A stretch of 64,000 nt of DNA from Candidatus Obscuribacterales bacterium (lineage in GTDB: Bacteria > Cyanobacteriota > Vampirovibrionia > Obscuribacterales > Obscuribacteraceae), in contig CBDDIJ010000005.1 of assembly GCA_965228855.1 (NCBI GenBank), positions 832,001 to 896,000 of the forward strand, read 5' to 3'. Below, piece after piece: positions 31,128-41,792 of the stretch (positions are counted from its first letter, which is position 1; each line of letters opens with the position of its first letter). Made by a program: the position numbers and the translations under genes. Under the pieces are notes generated by a model that saw nothing but the letters and a program-made list of their open reading frames with translations, had not been told where the DNA came from and made no database searches.

Positions 31128-32262
31128 TGAGGGGCGACTCCGTGGTTTGTTTTTCCTGAGAGCAATTCGTGAAATAGGACCTGATGGACTCGATCACGTA
31201 ATCGATCTCATCATTTGTCAGCTCCGGATACATCGGAAGGCTGATGATGCGTTGTGTTGCTTTTTCAGTGTTAGGCAATGAGCCTGGTTTGTAGTTCAAG
31301 TACGCATAAGCCTTTTGCAAATGCGCGGGAATCGGATAGTGAATCAGCGCTTGCACTGATTGTTCCGCCAAATAATCGATCAACCGATCGCGATTGTCGG
31401 TTTGAATCACATAAAGGTGATAAACATGAACGCTGCCTTCGCGCTCTACAGGCGTTTCGACAACATCCTTCAAGCCTTCGGTGTAGCGTTGTGCAATTTC
31501 ACGGCGGCGAACATTCCATTCATTCAGATAAGGAAGTTGGGCCGACAAAATAGCAGCTTGAATTTCATCGAGACGGCTGTTGATGCCCTCGGTGTCGTGA
31601 TAGTAGCGTTTCGACTGACCGTAATTTCTCAGCATGTTCAAACGGTCGCAGTTCTCCTTGGAGCCCGTCGCGACCGCGCCACCATCGCCGAAGGCACCGA
31701 TGTTTTTGCTCGGATAGTAGCTGAAGGTTCCGAAATCACCGATGGTGCCTGCCATACGACCGTTGTACAGCGCGCCGGTGGACTGAGCACAATCCTCAAC
31801 AACTTTCAGATTGTGTTTTTTGGCGAGCGCCATAATCGGATCCATGTCTGCCATTTGACCGTACAGATGGACCGGAACGATAGCTTTGGTTTTCTCGGTA
31901 ATCTTGCTTTCGAGGTCTTTGACGCACATCGTGTACGTTTCAGGGTCGATGTCGACGAACTTCGGCTGCGCGCCGGTCGAGCGAATCGCACAAATAGTCG
32001 GCACTGCAGTGTGCGCCACGACCAAAACTTCATCATTTAAACCGATATCGCAGGCAGCCAGCGCCAATTGAATCGCATCGGTGCCGTTAGCACATCCCGA
32101 AACGTGTCCGCTTCCGAGGTATTGCTCAAACTCTTTTTCGAACTTGCTCAGCTCAGGGCCCAGGATAAAGTAGCCGCTGTCCAGGACGCGCTGGACCGCT
32201 TCATCAATCTCACCTTTGTAGGCGTGGTAGTGGGCTTTCAAGTTCCCGAACGGTACTTTCAT
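31075..32262 (-). CDS. DegT/DnrJ/EryC1/StrS PLP-dependent sugar aminotransferase
   Basis: ANGTDA, PVHLYGQ, EDCAQS, SYYPSKN, NSRLDEIQAA. Confidence 0.93.
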   Translation of the reverse strand: MKVPFGNLKAHYHAYKGEIDEAVQRVLDSGYFILGPELSKFEKEFEQYLGSGHVSGCANGTDAIQLALAACDIGLNDEVLVVAHTAVPTICAIRSTGAQPKFVDIDPETYTMCVKDLESKITEKTKAIVPVHLYGQMADMDPIMALAKKHNLKVVEDCAQSTGALYNGRMAGTIGDFGTFSYYPSKNIGAFGDGGAVATGSKENCDRLNMLRNYGQSKRYYHDTEGINSRLDEIQAAILSAQLPYLNEWNVRRREIAQRYTEGLKDVVETPVEREGSVHVYHLYVIQTDNRDRLIDYLAEQSVQALIHYPIPAHLQKAYAYLNYKPGSLPNTEKATQRIISLPMYPELTNDEIDYVIESIRSYFTNCSQEKQTTESPLNAGTQSYEVAAKSGSIS

Positions 32263-32497
32263 TAAATGCTCCGTGTGCCGCTACTGAAAACAGAATGATA
32301 GAAGAAAAGAGCCGCCGTGGAATTAATGACTACTCACCACAACCTTTACTAAGAGGCGCTTCATGGCGCTCATGGTTGAATCGTGCATCATTTTAACCTC
32401 AGGCGCTCGGCAGGGAACCGCCATTTAACAGGTGTTTACCGAGCGCACGAAGGCAGCCGATTAATCAGATTTAAGACACTCAAGACCCGATTCAATT

Positions 32498-32745
32498 TTT
32501 AAAGGTATATCCGTCCTGGTCACAGGCGGGATGGGCTTCATCGGACCAGACCGAAAGGTATTTATGAGATATCTAACCTGACCGCCGAGAGAATCATTAA
32601 GGTCTATAACGATGTTCACAAAGTTCGCTCGGTCCTGCTCCGCTTGAGCACCATTTATGGACCGCGTTCGCAGATGAAGCATTCGCGTTTCGGTGTTGCG
32701 AACGGGTTCGTGCGCGTCCCACCACCACCCTCAAAGAAGGAATAG
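32498..32745 (+). pseudogene. Internally deleted NAD-dependent epimerase/dehydratase remnant
   Basis: FKGISVLVTGGMGFIG (GxxGxxG) followed in another frame by PKGIYEISNLTAERIIKVYNDVHKVRSVLLRLSTIYGPRSQ; no start codon, early stop. Confidence 0.75.
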
Positions 32746-33086
32746 CCTGCGTAAGTATGCCTTGAATTAGTTTCCTTCAGACATCCTAGGGTCGGAGTCC
32801 CTGTCAGGGACTTTTGCCAACGCGCCCACTTACCCGGACCAGTTACACACGTCCATGTAAGTGTTATTCAGGCCGACACTCGAAAACCTGCCGTACGAGG
32901 TAGCGCAGACCTCTTAAGGTCAGAGTACCTGATAGGAACTTTGACCTTATGGCAAAAATAAGACACTGGCACTCCTCACGTGGACCGGACGAGCTGCCAG
33001 GATCACGCATTCTTTACCGTCGGCGTGCTAGAAGTGAGATAAGGTGTTTTCATTTTTTTTGTGATGAATAGAAGGTATGGTGTCCT

Positions 33087-34130
33087 TTGAATTTACTGTT
33101 TTTTGTCACGGACCTCGCCAAAGAAAAGGCGAACTATACGACGTATCGTCTTGCGGTTACGGCCTTGAGCCGCGGGCACAACGTCTATCACATGAGCGCG
33201 AATGAGTTTACGGTCAGGAACGACAACACCGTGATCATTTCAGCCAAGCGCGCGCCGAAACGCAACTACAAAGATGCGATCCCATACTTCGAGGATTTAA
33301 CTGAAAGCCCGAAAGTCGAACACTTAAAACTGTCGGAGATCGATGTTTTGATGTTGCGCTCCGATCCTTCACTCGCGCAAGGCGAGATGTCCTGGGCTCA
33401 AACAGCTGGAATTCAGCTCGGACGAATGGCGCGCAAAGATGGGGTTGTGGTGCTCAACGATCCGGAAGGGTTGAACATGGCGCTCACAAAAATGTATCTG
33501 CAGTTGTTTCCCGAGGCAGTAAGACCACGGACAGTGATCACGCAAAACGTTGAAGACATAAAGGTTTTCGCAAAAAGCCTGGACGCCAACATGATACTAA
33601 AGCCGGTGCAAGGTTCGGCAGGCAAAGGCGTGTTTCTTGTTCCGCAAAATGACTTCAGCAACCTAAATCAGATCGTACAGGCGCTATCTAAGGACGGATA
33701 TATCATCGCGCAGGAATATTTGAAGGAAGCCGAAAAAGGTGATACCAGGCTGTTCTTGATGAATGGTGAGCCCCTAAAATACAAAGGTAAATATGCGGCA
33801 TTTCGTAGGCTGCGGAAAAGCGATGATGTGCGCAGCAATGTTCATGTCGGCGGCACTATCGCCAAAGCGGAAGTCACCGATGAAATGTTGGAAATCGCAG
33901 ACGCGCTTCGTCCGCGGCTGGTCATGGACGGAATGTTCCTCGTTGGTTTAGATTTGATTGGCAACAAAGTGATAGAGATAAACGTTTTCTGTCCCGGCGG
34001 TCTGCGCAATGCTCAGAAATTAGAGGGAGTCGACTTTACAAAAGCAGTTGTGGACGCAATTGAACGCAAAGTCAAGGCAACGTCTTATTACAAAAGTTCC
34101 TGGCACAAAATTCAGCCAGCGACGCTCTAA
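33087..34130 (+). CDS. gshB: Glutathione synthetase-like ATP-grasp ligase
   Basis: LMLRSDP, VLNDP, ILKPVQG..GKGVF, QEYL, GDTR, RSNVHVGG, GLDLIG, EINVF. Confidence 0.75.
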   Translation: MNLLFFVTDLAKEKANYTTYRLAVTALSRGHNVYHMSANEFTVRNDNTVIISAKRAPKRNYKDAIPYFEDLTESPKVEHLKLSEIDVLMLRSDPSLAQGEMSWAQTAGIQLGRMARKDGVVVLNDPEGLNMALTKMYLQLFPEAVRPRTVITQNVEDIKVFAKSLDANMILKPVQGSAGKGVFLVPQNDFSNLNQIVQALSKDGYIIAQEYLKEAEKGDTRLFLMNGEPLKYKGKYAAFRRLRKSDDVRSNVHVGGTIAKAEVTDEMLEIADALRPRLVMDGMFLVGLDLIGNKVIEINVFCPGGLRNAQKLEGVDFTKAVVDAIERKVKATSYYKSSWHKIQPATL

Positions 34131-34133
34131 ACA

Positions 34134-34892
34134 CTACTTGCGTTGATAAACGACGCGGTCGACGCCTTCGCTATGAAGCTGTATCTGCGAGCATCCTTTG
34201 TCGTCATAAGAAGCGGCATATTCTAAAACAATTACGTCCGGTTTCGCCGGCACCACCTTCGGTGTTGGCATAGGTCCGGTGTGTAAACCCATATCGACCC
34301 GCCGCTGATTTATATGCTCAAGGTCGAGACGCAGCTTGTTCGCACGTTCCCTCTCGGCTTCCGGTGTAATGAAGTTGCGTTCGCGCGTTATGCGAACGAC
34401 CCTGCCCGCAGTGTCATACTCATATTCCTCTGAATCGACTTCGTGACCACTAAGCAAGATATGAGAGATGATCCTTCCATCCTCGCGAATGCACTCGGAA
34501 ACCTGAATATAGTGAATGCTGTTCATGTCGTAAGAACAATAGTGGACGCCTTCTGCACGTCCCTCTTCGTACTTCCAGAGACTCAAATCGGAGTCGTTCT
34601 CATTTTCCTGTCTCGCAACCAGCACACGACCATCCTTGTCGAGACCGTAGTGCCATTTGTAAGCCTTCTCGAGCGGGGTGAGAGTCAAAACCCCTGCTAG
34701 CTCCGGCGCGGTGCTCTCCCGCTGCACCCACAACGGTCGCAAATCAAGAACGCGATCGTTAGCCCAGACCCATCGGTCGACGTTTGGTTCGTACTCCGGT
34801 AGAAGCGTTTCTACGAAAAAATCGTAAAGCGGCCGGTTGCCGCGCTGCATCTGATAGTCGTGTAAGCGTTCTCTAAGTTCTTCGGTACTCAT
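34134..34892 (-). CDS. Hypothetical protein
   Basis: 252-aa ORF co-oriented with the upstream SUFU-like gene. Confidence 0.65.
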   Translation of the reverse strand: MSTEELRERLHDYQMQRGNRPLYDFFVETLLPEYEPNVDRWVWANDRVLDLRPLWVQRESTAPELAGVLTLTPLEKAYKWHYGLDKDGRVLVARQENENDSDLSLWKYEEGRAEGVHYCSYDMNSIHYIQVSECIREDGRIISHILLSGHEVDSEEYEYDTAGRVVRITRERNFITPEAERERANKLRLDLEHINQRRVDMGLHTGPMPTPKVVPAKPDVIVLEYAASYDDKGCSQIQLHSEGVDRVVYQRK

Positions 34893-34952
34893 TTTGATTG
34901 CTTTCTGGAGTGAAGCGGTGGTGAAGGACGGCGTTGGTTCGACAATGATATC

Positions 34953-36395
34953 TCAGCTGAAACTGGTATCATCCGCGGTGAATTTACCTTCGCGGTTCGA
35001 GCGGAACATCTCCGCGAAATTCCGCACAGAGTTTTTCATTTCGTTGTAGTTATCACTTTTTGACGAGCACTCGCGCCTCGGGTCAGTAACCTGGTCGTAG
35101 CCGGCCTGCTTCAGCAGGGCGTGGATACACCAGGTTCCATAATCCTCTACCGAGTCAGCAAACCGCAGCTCCTCATCGGTCATTCCAGCAACGAGCATAA
35201 TGCTGAACAAACCGGAAGGCAGCTCATACAAACTATCGGGAGCCTCATCCGGGTACCATACGAAGGCATTGCGCAATTCAGATTCAGAAGCAGGGTCTAT
35301 AGGACTGTTGAGACGCAGGCGTACTCCCTGACTGATTGTCGTGGAGTAATTGAATGTGTAGAAGGCGAGCGTTCGCAAAAACTGCGCAGCCCACGGAGAA
35401 TCAGTCGGCGTCTTGATCATCAACTCAAAGCCAAATCCGGAGACCTGCAGAGGCTCCGTCTGACCCCACGGAGTTGCTAATCCGGCCGTCACGTACTTCC
35501 AGTACGGCGCCTGCGGATCAGGACCGTAAGCCAGCACAGCCAGATGCTGCTCCTCACTGATCGTATCGCCGGGTGTCGCGACATCCACATCTGTCACGGC
35601 GTCTTTCTTGCCGAAATTTGCCGGCACTTCAGATGACGGCTCTCGATAGCTCGATGGCGTCACATATGCAGGCTTGCCGAATAACTGTTTGTAAACATTG
35701 TCACGTGCTCGCCACGCTGACGCGACGAGCTGGCGGCGCGCTGCTTCGAGCTCAACATCATTGTTGGCTTCTTCGATCAGCTGCATGATACTCTTCCGCT
35801 GGCGCACCGGCGGTGGAGCACTTCCTTTTGACGAACTTTCAGAATCTTCGGAAGTCGTCGCTCCATGCGCATCGTCAGCGCGTGGTGTGAGCTCTGTTCC
35901 TTGGTCGGCGTCGTCACTATCAGTAGCAGCGCCATTGGTATCGGTGGCAGCGCCACGATTGGCGTCACCTCCATCGAGAGCAGCAGCTCTGCTTGCCTCA
36001 GCAAGCTCCTCTTCGCTTAACTCGCGAGTTGCCGGAAACGGGTCTGCCATATCAACTTTCTTGTGAACCACCGGCAAGTTAAGTTTGGCATCTGCGGCGT
36101 CTTGCTCCGCCTTCCGCGCAGCTTTTCGAGCGAGCCACTCGCGGTTGACTCTTTCAAGTTCGAGTTCTTCTTCCGACAGCTCGCTCGGCGGTGCAGGTGC
36201 CTGATAGCCACTTGCTGGGCGCCGATCTTCGTAAATGGTTTCCCCTGGAATAACAATACCGGGAGGCGGTTGTTGAGAAGCAGGCAGGAAGCCGGACCCG
36301 GCGCCAGACCCGTTGCCCTTCTTATCATCACCTCTTTTAAACTGTCGCTTTTTGCCCATCTGTGGGACTCTCCGAAAGCTGCCGCCAACAAGCAA
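34953..36395 (-). CDS. Suppressor of fused (SUFU)-like domain protein with disordered N-terminus
   Basis: WKYVTAGL, SGFGFEL, W...L..LA.Y motifs; start may be the downstream ATG (MGKKR). Confidence 0.7.
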   Translation of the reverse strand: MLVGGSFRRVPQMGKKRQFKRGDDKKGNGSGAGSGFLPASQQPPPGIVIPGETIYEDRRPASGYQAPAPPSELSEEELELERVNREWLARKAARKAEQDAADAKLNLPVVHKKVDMADPFPATRELSEEELAEASRAAALDGGDANRGAATDTNGAATDSDDADQGTELTPRADDAHGATTSEDSESSSKGSAPPPVRQRKSIMQLIEEANNDVELEAARRQLVASAWRARDNVYKQLFGKPAYVTPSSYREPSSEVPANFGKKDAVTDVDVATPGDTISEEQHLAVLAYGPDPQAPYWKYVTAGLATPWGQTEPLQVSGFGFELMIKTPTDSPWAAQFLRTLAFYTFNYSTTISQGVRLRLNSPIDPASESELRNAFVWYPDEAPDSLYELPSGLFSIMLVAGMTDEELRFADSVEDYGTWCIHALLKQAGYDQVTDPRRECSSKSDNYNEMKNSVRNFAEMFRSNREGKFTADDTSFS

Positions 36396-36483
36396 ACCTC
36401 GTTTTGCTATCCAAATATTACACGAGTTTCTCCACGTTCACCCATATCACGTATGATTAACCGAGGGATTCCTCTGGAGCAGC

Positions 36484-38295
36484 ATGTCTCGAACAATCTC
36501 ATGGATACTGGCAGCCATCGCGATTTTTTGTTGCGTCTGCCTTGGTGTGAGCGAAATCGAGAAAATGGTTATCGGTCCGGGTGCTGAAGATTCCGCAGAA
36601 GCACCTGTTGATGTGGAAATCGACGCAGCTTTGAAACAGCCGGACGGCGCGACCGACAAGCTGGAGCTGGACAATCCATTTGCAGAAGATGCCGCAGATA
36701 TCGAACTTCAACGCCGCTATCTAATTGAAAACCTTTCTCACAAGTGGAACATCCCGCTCAGCGGAATCGCGGTGGGCAGCGCTGTAGGCGGGTCCGAAGC
36801 CCATCTTCGCATAGACTGCGATCCGGCAAAAAAGCGCAGCTTCGATAAAGTAATCGACGATTTGCAATATCCATTTCGAATTCTCGATATTAAGGACATC
36901 ACGCTCATCGCACCCGATCACAAAGTGCTGGAGGTTAACACCGTAGCCTCAGACACATTAGGGTACGCAATGAGCCGCGACCTCGTGATGTTCGAAGCGA
37001 CGAAACCATGGGCGCCCTGGCTCGCAAATGGTATCGCTAACAGTGCCATCACCCATTTGAATAAATGCATTCTCAATAGCCCACTTGATCCGGCACTTGT
37101 CGCCTACAGATTGGTTTTCCATAAGGAACTCGGGCAAGATACAACCTCAGACTTCACGTTTCTCAAACAGCTGGCTAATTCGATCGAGGAAACAGCTCCG
37201 GGTTCAGCAGATTTGGCAAAACATTTAGTCAAACTCTCAAGCTGCACCACATCCGGTACCGCACGGTCATCCAAGCCGAGTTCTGACGAGATGGCGCAAT
37301 ACATACGCGAGCACTTCAATCCGGACGTTTTACAGACCTATCTAATCAAAGATGTTTACGAGTGGTCTCAAGAACCCGAGAAAGCAAAGGCGGCTCTGAA
37401 AGAACAGCCCTACCAACGCGAACGCATCAATCAATCACTTTTTCTGGACGGCGTGACATTCACCTTGACCGCGATTTTGTTCGCCTCATTGTTTTTTGCA
37501 TTCGACAAAAAACTGTTTAAGTTACCGGCTCTGGAAACGCCCATCGCATGCCCGTTTCCTTACGGCTGGGTAAAACCGTTTCTAATCGTAATGTTCACCG
37601 CTATCATCACGACGCTTGGTTTCTTTTGCGCCATGGCAATAGCGCCAGAGCAGCTGAAAGAGGGTAGCCTGATGCTGACCTCTTATTTCAGACCAATAAA
37701 AAGCGCGTCCCTGGTCTGTTTTGAGGAAATGAACCTAACAGTCCCGGCTATCTTCGCCGCAATAGTTCTCGTCGGTCGCAACATGAAGGTTGTCGATTTC
37801 TTGAAGTTGCACTTTCAAACCGATAGATATTCAAAGAAGGACATGCTGAAAATCGGCTTGCAGTGCTTCATCGTAACGTTCTCAACTGCGATGATAGCGA
37901 CACTTCTAACTTACTGGTTCCACTTCCCCTGGGAAAAACCAGGAGGCGCATCAACTCAATTGCTTACCGCCTCCGGATCGATTCCGGCGATTTTCACGCT
38001 GTTTCTCGGATACGCAGTAATCGCGCCGATATTCGAAGAAATGGCTTTTCGCGGAGTACTTCATCCATTTCTTCGCAGAAGACTACTTCTATTTCCATCA
38101 CTAATTATTGGAGCGACAATCTTCGCAGTAGCTCACCTCGAGTTTACTCCCTGGTGGCTTGCAGATAAGCTCGTTTTCGCCGCCGTTAACGCATATGCGC
38201 TAGAGAAAACCAATAGTATCGTTCCTGGTGTCATCAACCACATTCTGACAAACAGCTTCGTCTTGATTTTTATGCTCGCATCAATGAATTGGTGA
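36484..38295 (+). CDS. CPBP (CAAX protease/Abi) family intramembrane metalloprotease with periplasmic N-domain
   Basis: APIFEEMAFRG, FAVAH, HILTN motifs. Confidence 0.85.
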   Translation: MSRTISWILAAIAIFCCVCLGVSEIEKMVIGPGAEDSAEAPVDVEIDAALKQPDGATDKLELDNPFAEDAADIELQRRYLIENLSHKWNIPLSGIAVGSAVGGSEAHLRIDCDPAKKRSFDKVIDDLQYPFRILDIKDITLIAPDHKVLEVNTVASDTLGYAMSRDLVMFEATKPWAPWLANGIANSAITHLNKCILNSPLDPALVAYRLVFHKELGQDTTSDFTFLKQLANSIEETAPGSADLAKHLVKLSSCTTSGTARSSKPSSDEMAQYIREHFNPDVLQTYLIKDVYEWSQEPEKAKAALKEQPYQRERINQSLFLDGVTFTLTAILFASLFFAFDKKLFKLPALETPIACPFPYGWVKPFLIVMFTAIITTLGFFCAMAIAPEQLKEGSLMLTSYFRPIKSASLVCFEEMNLTVPAIFAAIVLVGRNMKVVDFLKLHFQTDRYSKKDMLKIGLQCFIVTFSTAMIATLLTYWFHFPWEKPGGASTQLLTASGSIPAIFTLFLGYAVIAPIFEEMAFRGVLHPFLRRRLLLFPSLIIGATIFAVAHLEFTPWWLADKLVFAAVNAYALEKTNSIVPGVINHILTNSFVLIFMLASMNW

Positions 38296-38370
38296 GCGAA
38301 GAAACCCTGACAAACTACTTCGTCTTGGTTCTATACTCGCATCAATGACTTGGAAAGGCGGATGATACAA

Positions 38371-40095
38371 CTACTTCTTCTGTTGCTGCTTAGCCCAGGA
38401 GTCCTTTAGAGTTACGATTCGGTTGAAGACAAGCGAGCCGGGCTTGCTGTCCTGGTCGGCGACGAAGTACCCTTGCCGCTCGAACTGAAACCGGTCCATT
38501 GGTTTAGCCTCACTCAAACTTCGCTCCAGCTTGCAACCTTTCAAAACTTGCAAAGCATCTGGGTTTATAGCGTTCAGAAACTCGCTATCTTTTCCAGTCG
38601 GCGGCGCTTCATCTTTGAGCAAACGTTCGTACAAACGCACCTCGGCATCTACCGCATGGCGAGCGCTTACCCAGTGGATCGTTCCTTTTACTTTTCGGCC
38701 TTCCGGATTTTTTCCGAGAGTTTCAGGATCATATGTGCAGCGCAATTCAGTTACGTTTCCGTTTTCATCTTTGACTACATCAGTGCACGTAACACAGTAA
38801 GAATGCCGCAAACGCACTTCACGCCCCGGAGCTAAACGATAAAAATCTTTCGGAGGCTCAAGCATGAAATCGTCTTGTTCAATATAGATTTCTTTGCTGA
38901 ACGGCAACTTACGAGTCCCCTCTTTCGGCACGTCGTGCGGCCAGAGTGACGCATCGTATTCGTCGACCTTATCATCGGGGAAGTTTTCAATTACAACTTT
39001 TAGCGGCTTCAACACAGCGAGAACGCGCGGCGCCTTTTGGTTCAAATCGTCACGGATGCAGAACTCCAGCTGCGCCATGTCGACAGTGCTGTTTGCTTTT
39101 GCAACACCAACACTCGCACAAAATGCACGAATGGCTTCAGGCGTGATACCACGACGGCGCATGCCGGCAATGGTCGGAAGGCGAGGGTCATCCCAACCGG
39201 AAACATGCTTGCCTTCGACGAGTTCGAGCAGTCGACGTTTGCTCATCACCGTGTAATTCAAGTTCAACCGAGCGAACTCATACTGACGCGGACGGCTCGG
39301 AAATTTCGCATAATCGATCAGATTATCGATAACCCAGTCGTACAATTCGCGATTGTTCTCAAACTCCAGAGTGCAGATGCTGTGCGTGATTCCTTCGATA
39401 GCATCAGAAATAGGATGCGCATAATCGTACATCGGATAAATGCACCACTTATCGCCAGTCATGTGGTGGGGCGTGTGGCGAATGCGATAGAGCATCGGAT
39501 CGCGCATCTTCATATTAGGATTCGCCATATCGATTTTGGCGCGCAAAACGTGCTCACCATCCTTGAATTCACCCTTGCGCATACGACGGAACAGATCGAG
39601 ATTCTCCTCGACTGTGCGATCGCGGTAAATGCTGTTTTTACCAGGCTCTTTCACAGTGCCGCGCGTCGCCTTGGATTCGGCGTCCGATTGACTGCAAACA
39701 TAGGCTTTTCCAGCGGTAATCAAATGCTCGCCATACTCGTACATCTTCTCGAAGTAATCGCTGGCATGATAGAAACCATCCCAGTTGAAGCCGAGCCAGC
39801 GAACATCTTCCTGAATGCCTTCTTCGAAAAGCGTGTCTTCCTTGACGGGGTCGGTATCGTCAAAACGCAGATGACATCTGGCGTTTTCCTCACCCTGTTT
39901 CTGTTTGTATTCAAGAGCCAAACCAAAATTCAAGCAAATCGACTTAGCGTGTCCGATGTGCAAGAAGCCGTTGGGCTCTGGAGGGAAGCGTGTCAGAATT
40001 TTGTCGTGACGACCAGCCTGGATGTCCGCATCGATGATATCGCGGATAAAGTCGCTTGCCTTAGTGGGCGCTGGTGCGGGTGCGGACGAACTCAT
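38371..40095 (-). CDS. glnS: Glutamine--tRNA ligase
   Basis: [37 protein letters not shown]. Confidence 0.95.
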   Translation of the reverse strand: MSSSAPAPAPTKASDFIRDIIDADIQAGRHDKILTRFPPEPNGFLHIGHAKSICLNFGLALEYKQKQGEENARCHLRFDDTDPVKEDTLFEEGIQEDVRWLGFNWDGFYHASDYFEKMYEYGEHLITAGKAYVCSQSDAESKATRGTVKEPGKNSIYRDRTVEENLDLFRRMRKGEFKDGEHVLRAKIDMANPNMKMRDPMLYRIRHTPHHMTGDKWCIYPMYDYAHPISDAIEGITHSICTLEFENNRELYDWVIDNLIDYAKFPSRPRQYEFARLNLNYTVMSKRRLLELVEGKHVSGWDDPRLPTIAGMRRRGITPEAIRAFCASVGVAKANSTVDMAQLEFCIRDDLNQKAPRVLAVLKPLKVVIENFPDDKVDEYDASLWPHDVPKEGTRKLPFSKEIYIEQDDFMLEPPKDFYRLAPGREVRLRHSYCVTCTDVVKDENGNVTELRCTYDPETLGKNPEGRKVKGTIHWVSARHAVDAEVRLYERLLKDEAPPTGKDSEFLNAINPDALQVLKGCKLERSLSEAKPMDRFQFERQGYFVADQDSKPGSLVFNRIVTLKDSWAKQQQKK

Positions 40096-40323
40096 GTGAG
40101 ACTCCTCTGAACACTGTCTTATGAATCTGTAATTTTACTAAATGTAGGCTGGTTTGCGAGCGATTGCGACCGAGCGTAAAGTATTCAAGGGACAGCAAAT
40201 CCAAGCCTGGATGCTTCCAAAAACTGCGCGGGAGAACGAAGGAGAACGAAGAACCACGCGCAGAAGCGAAGCGCATCAGCAACGAGTTGGTGCGCCAAAG
40301 CGAGCCGCGTAATCAACGACCAG

Positions 40324-40833
40324 TTAGGACTCATCCTCGCCATCGTCGCCGTCATCGGGACGCGACATGAATTTCAGCGAAACGACTTTGTTTTCAAACG
40401 AAACCTGAACAGTCTCTACGCCTTCATCTTCGCCGTCATCGGAGTCTTCGACTCCCCCATCTATTACTTGGAACGGATATTCTATCCTTTCAACGGGTCT
40501 TCGGCGTTGGGGAAAGCGCTCTTCGAGAAGGATGTGATTGTCGAGCGTGCCTACATAAATTGCTAGCACCTCATCATCAGCTTTCAGCGCGCCGAATGAC
40601 GGTAGAAACGCTTGATAATCACCTTTAACGATATTCACAAGGAAGCCGCCCGGCTCAGGTTTTATAACCCGACACACCAGCTGCATTCCAGGTACGAAAC
40701 CATGCGTGGGTGTTCGCGGAATCTCTGTGGGCTCATGCTTGCGCCCCCTGTACGATCGATTGTCAGGCGAGCCCTGCTCGCGGCGCCGAAACTCAACTAG
40801 GTTTTCAACGCCCTGTACGCCGTCGTCGTCCAC
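40324..40833 (-). CDS. Small S1/OB-like domain protein (paralog 4)
   Basis: PGMQLVCRVIKPEPGGFLV..AFLPS...DDEVLA pattern shared with 41793-43047. Confidence 0.7.
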   Translation of the reverse strand: MDDDGVQGVENLVEFRRREQGSPDNRSYRGRKHEPTEIPRTPTHGFVPGMQLVCRVIKPEPGGFLVNIVKGDYQAFLPSFGALKADDEVLAIYVGTLDNHILLEERFPQRRRPVERIEYPFQVIDGGVEDSDDGEDEGVETVQVSFENKVVSLKFMSRPDDGDDGEDES

Positions 40834-40890
40834 TTACTACTCCCCGTCACTGGACTCAGTGACTACTGATTGTAGATGCTTTTTGCGAAT

Positions 40891-41034
40891 TCAGGCGTCA
40901 AAATTACCTTCTGTGAACAGCTCAAATAACGGAAGAGCGTTCATCGCGAATCCAGTGAAGCGACCAAAAACGAAATCACCAACCCTGTGAAATCTTTCAG
41001 ATCTGAGAACGGTGACGTCCCTGGTATTGATCGG
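40891..41034 (-). pseudogene. C-terminal remnant of a fifth S1-like paralog
   Basis: Start-less frame LRSERFHRVGDFVFGRFTGF...ELFTEGNFDA* resembles LPSNSKHEVGDDVQTMF...ERFTSGGF. Confidence 0.45.
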
Positions 41035-41695
41035 TCAAAACCTTCGGTCGCGGCAATCGAAAATTTGCGACTGACCAATTTGCTTGTTTCAAAACTTCAG
41101 CTTTGGTCGGATCTGGATGTTTTCGAAGAAACTCACTCCACGAATTCTCTAGCTTCGAGAGAATCGAGAATGCACGTTTCTTACGGGTTCCCAATGAGAT
41201 GATGTTGTCGGCCGACTCCAAAATGTCGGCTCCTAGGAGTGACTTGAAGACTTGTTTTCTAGGTATCAAGTGCAGCAAATATGAGCCCTTTCCGGTCTCT
41301 TTTTGAATCTGAGATATCGGTTCTCTTGATCTAACTTTTTGGGCGTTTACAACTAACACAATGCATTGATTAGTCCACGACCCACCATCTTTGGAATGCA
41401 CTAGGGGTGACGCTTCAAAGACAGCCTCCAAACAGGCGAAATCAACATTGGAATCACCACACGACCTTGCAAGCGTGGGGGATTTTATCTCCCCGGTTTC
41501 ATCGATCTTAAATTCGATCCATGCCTCCTGCTTTTCCGGAAAGCTAGACACCGAGGTCAATTCACCGACACGCTGGCTTACATAGTCGTAGAAGCGTTTC
41601 ACTTCGGGCCTTGTATATTGACTTGCAGACGCAGCGAGAGTTAGCGAACAAACAACTATAGTGGCGTTTGCAAAAACCCAGGAAGCTCTTTTCAT
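40997..41695 (-). CDS. Secreted TonB C-terminal-like domain protein
   Basis: Signal peptide; IEFKIDETGEI..SCGDSNVDFACLEAV; paralog of 50565-51230. Confidence 0.7.
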   Translation of the reverse strand: MKRASWVFANATIVVCSLTLAASASQYTRPEVKRFYDYVSQRVGELTSVSSFPEKQEAWIEFKIDETGEIKSPTLARSCGDSNVDFACLEAVFEASPLVHSKDGGSWTNQCIVLVVNAQKVRSREPISQIQKETGKGSYLLHLIPRKQVFKSLLGADILESADNIISLGTRKKRAFSILSKLENSWSEFLRKHPDPTKAEVLKQANWSVANFRLPRPKVLTDQYQGRHRSQI

Positions 41696-41792
41696 AAATA
41701 ACCGCTATTTGAGAATGTGATTGAATTCGAAAGAGTTTCATACCACCAAAGGCCAGCTCTGAACCTTTGGTTTCCGGGAACGCGTCGGCCAA

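Noticed and set aside
36484..38295. Abi (abortive infection) defence gene
   Set aside because: The CPBP/Abi label is historical. The motifs indicate an intramembrane protease and there is no defence context.
39037..40110. 357-aa ORF antisense to glnS
   Set aside because: Typical antisense shadow of a conserved gene, with no recognisable motifs.
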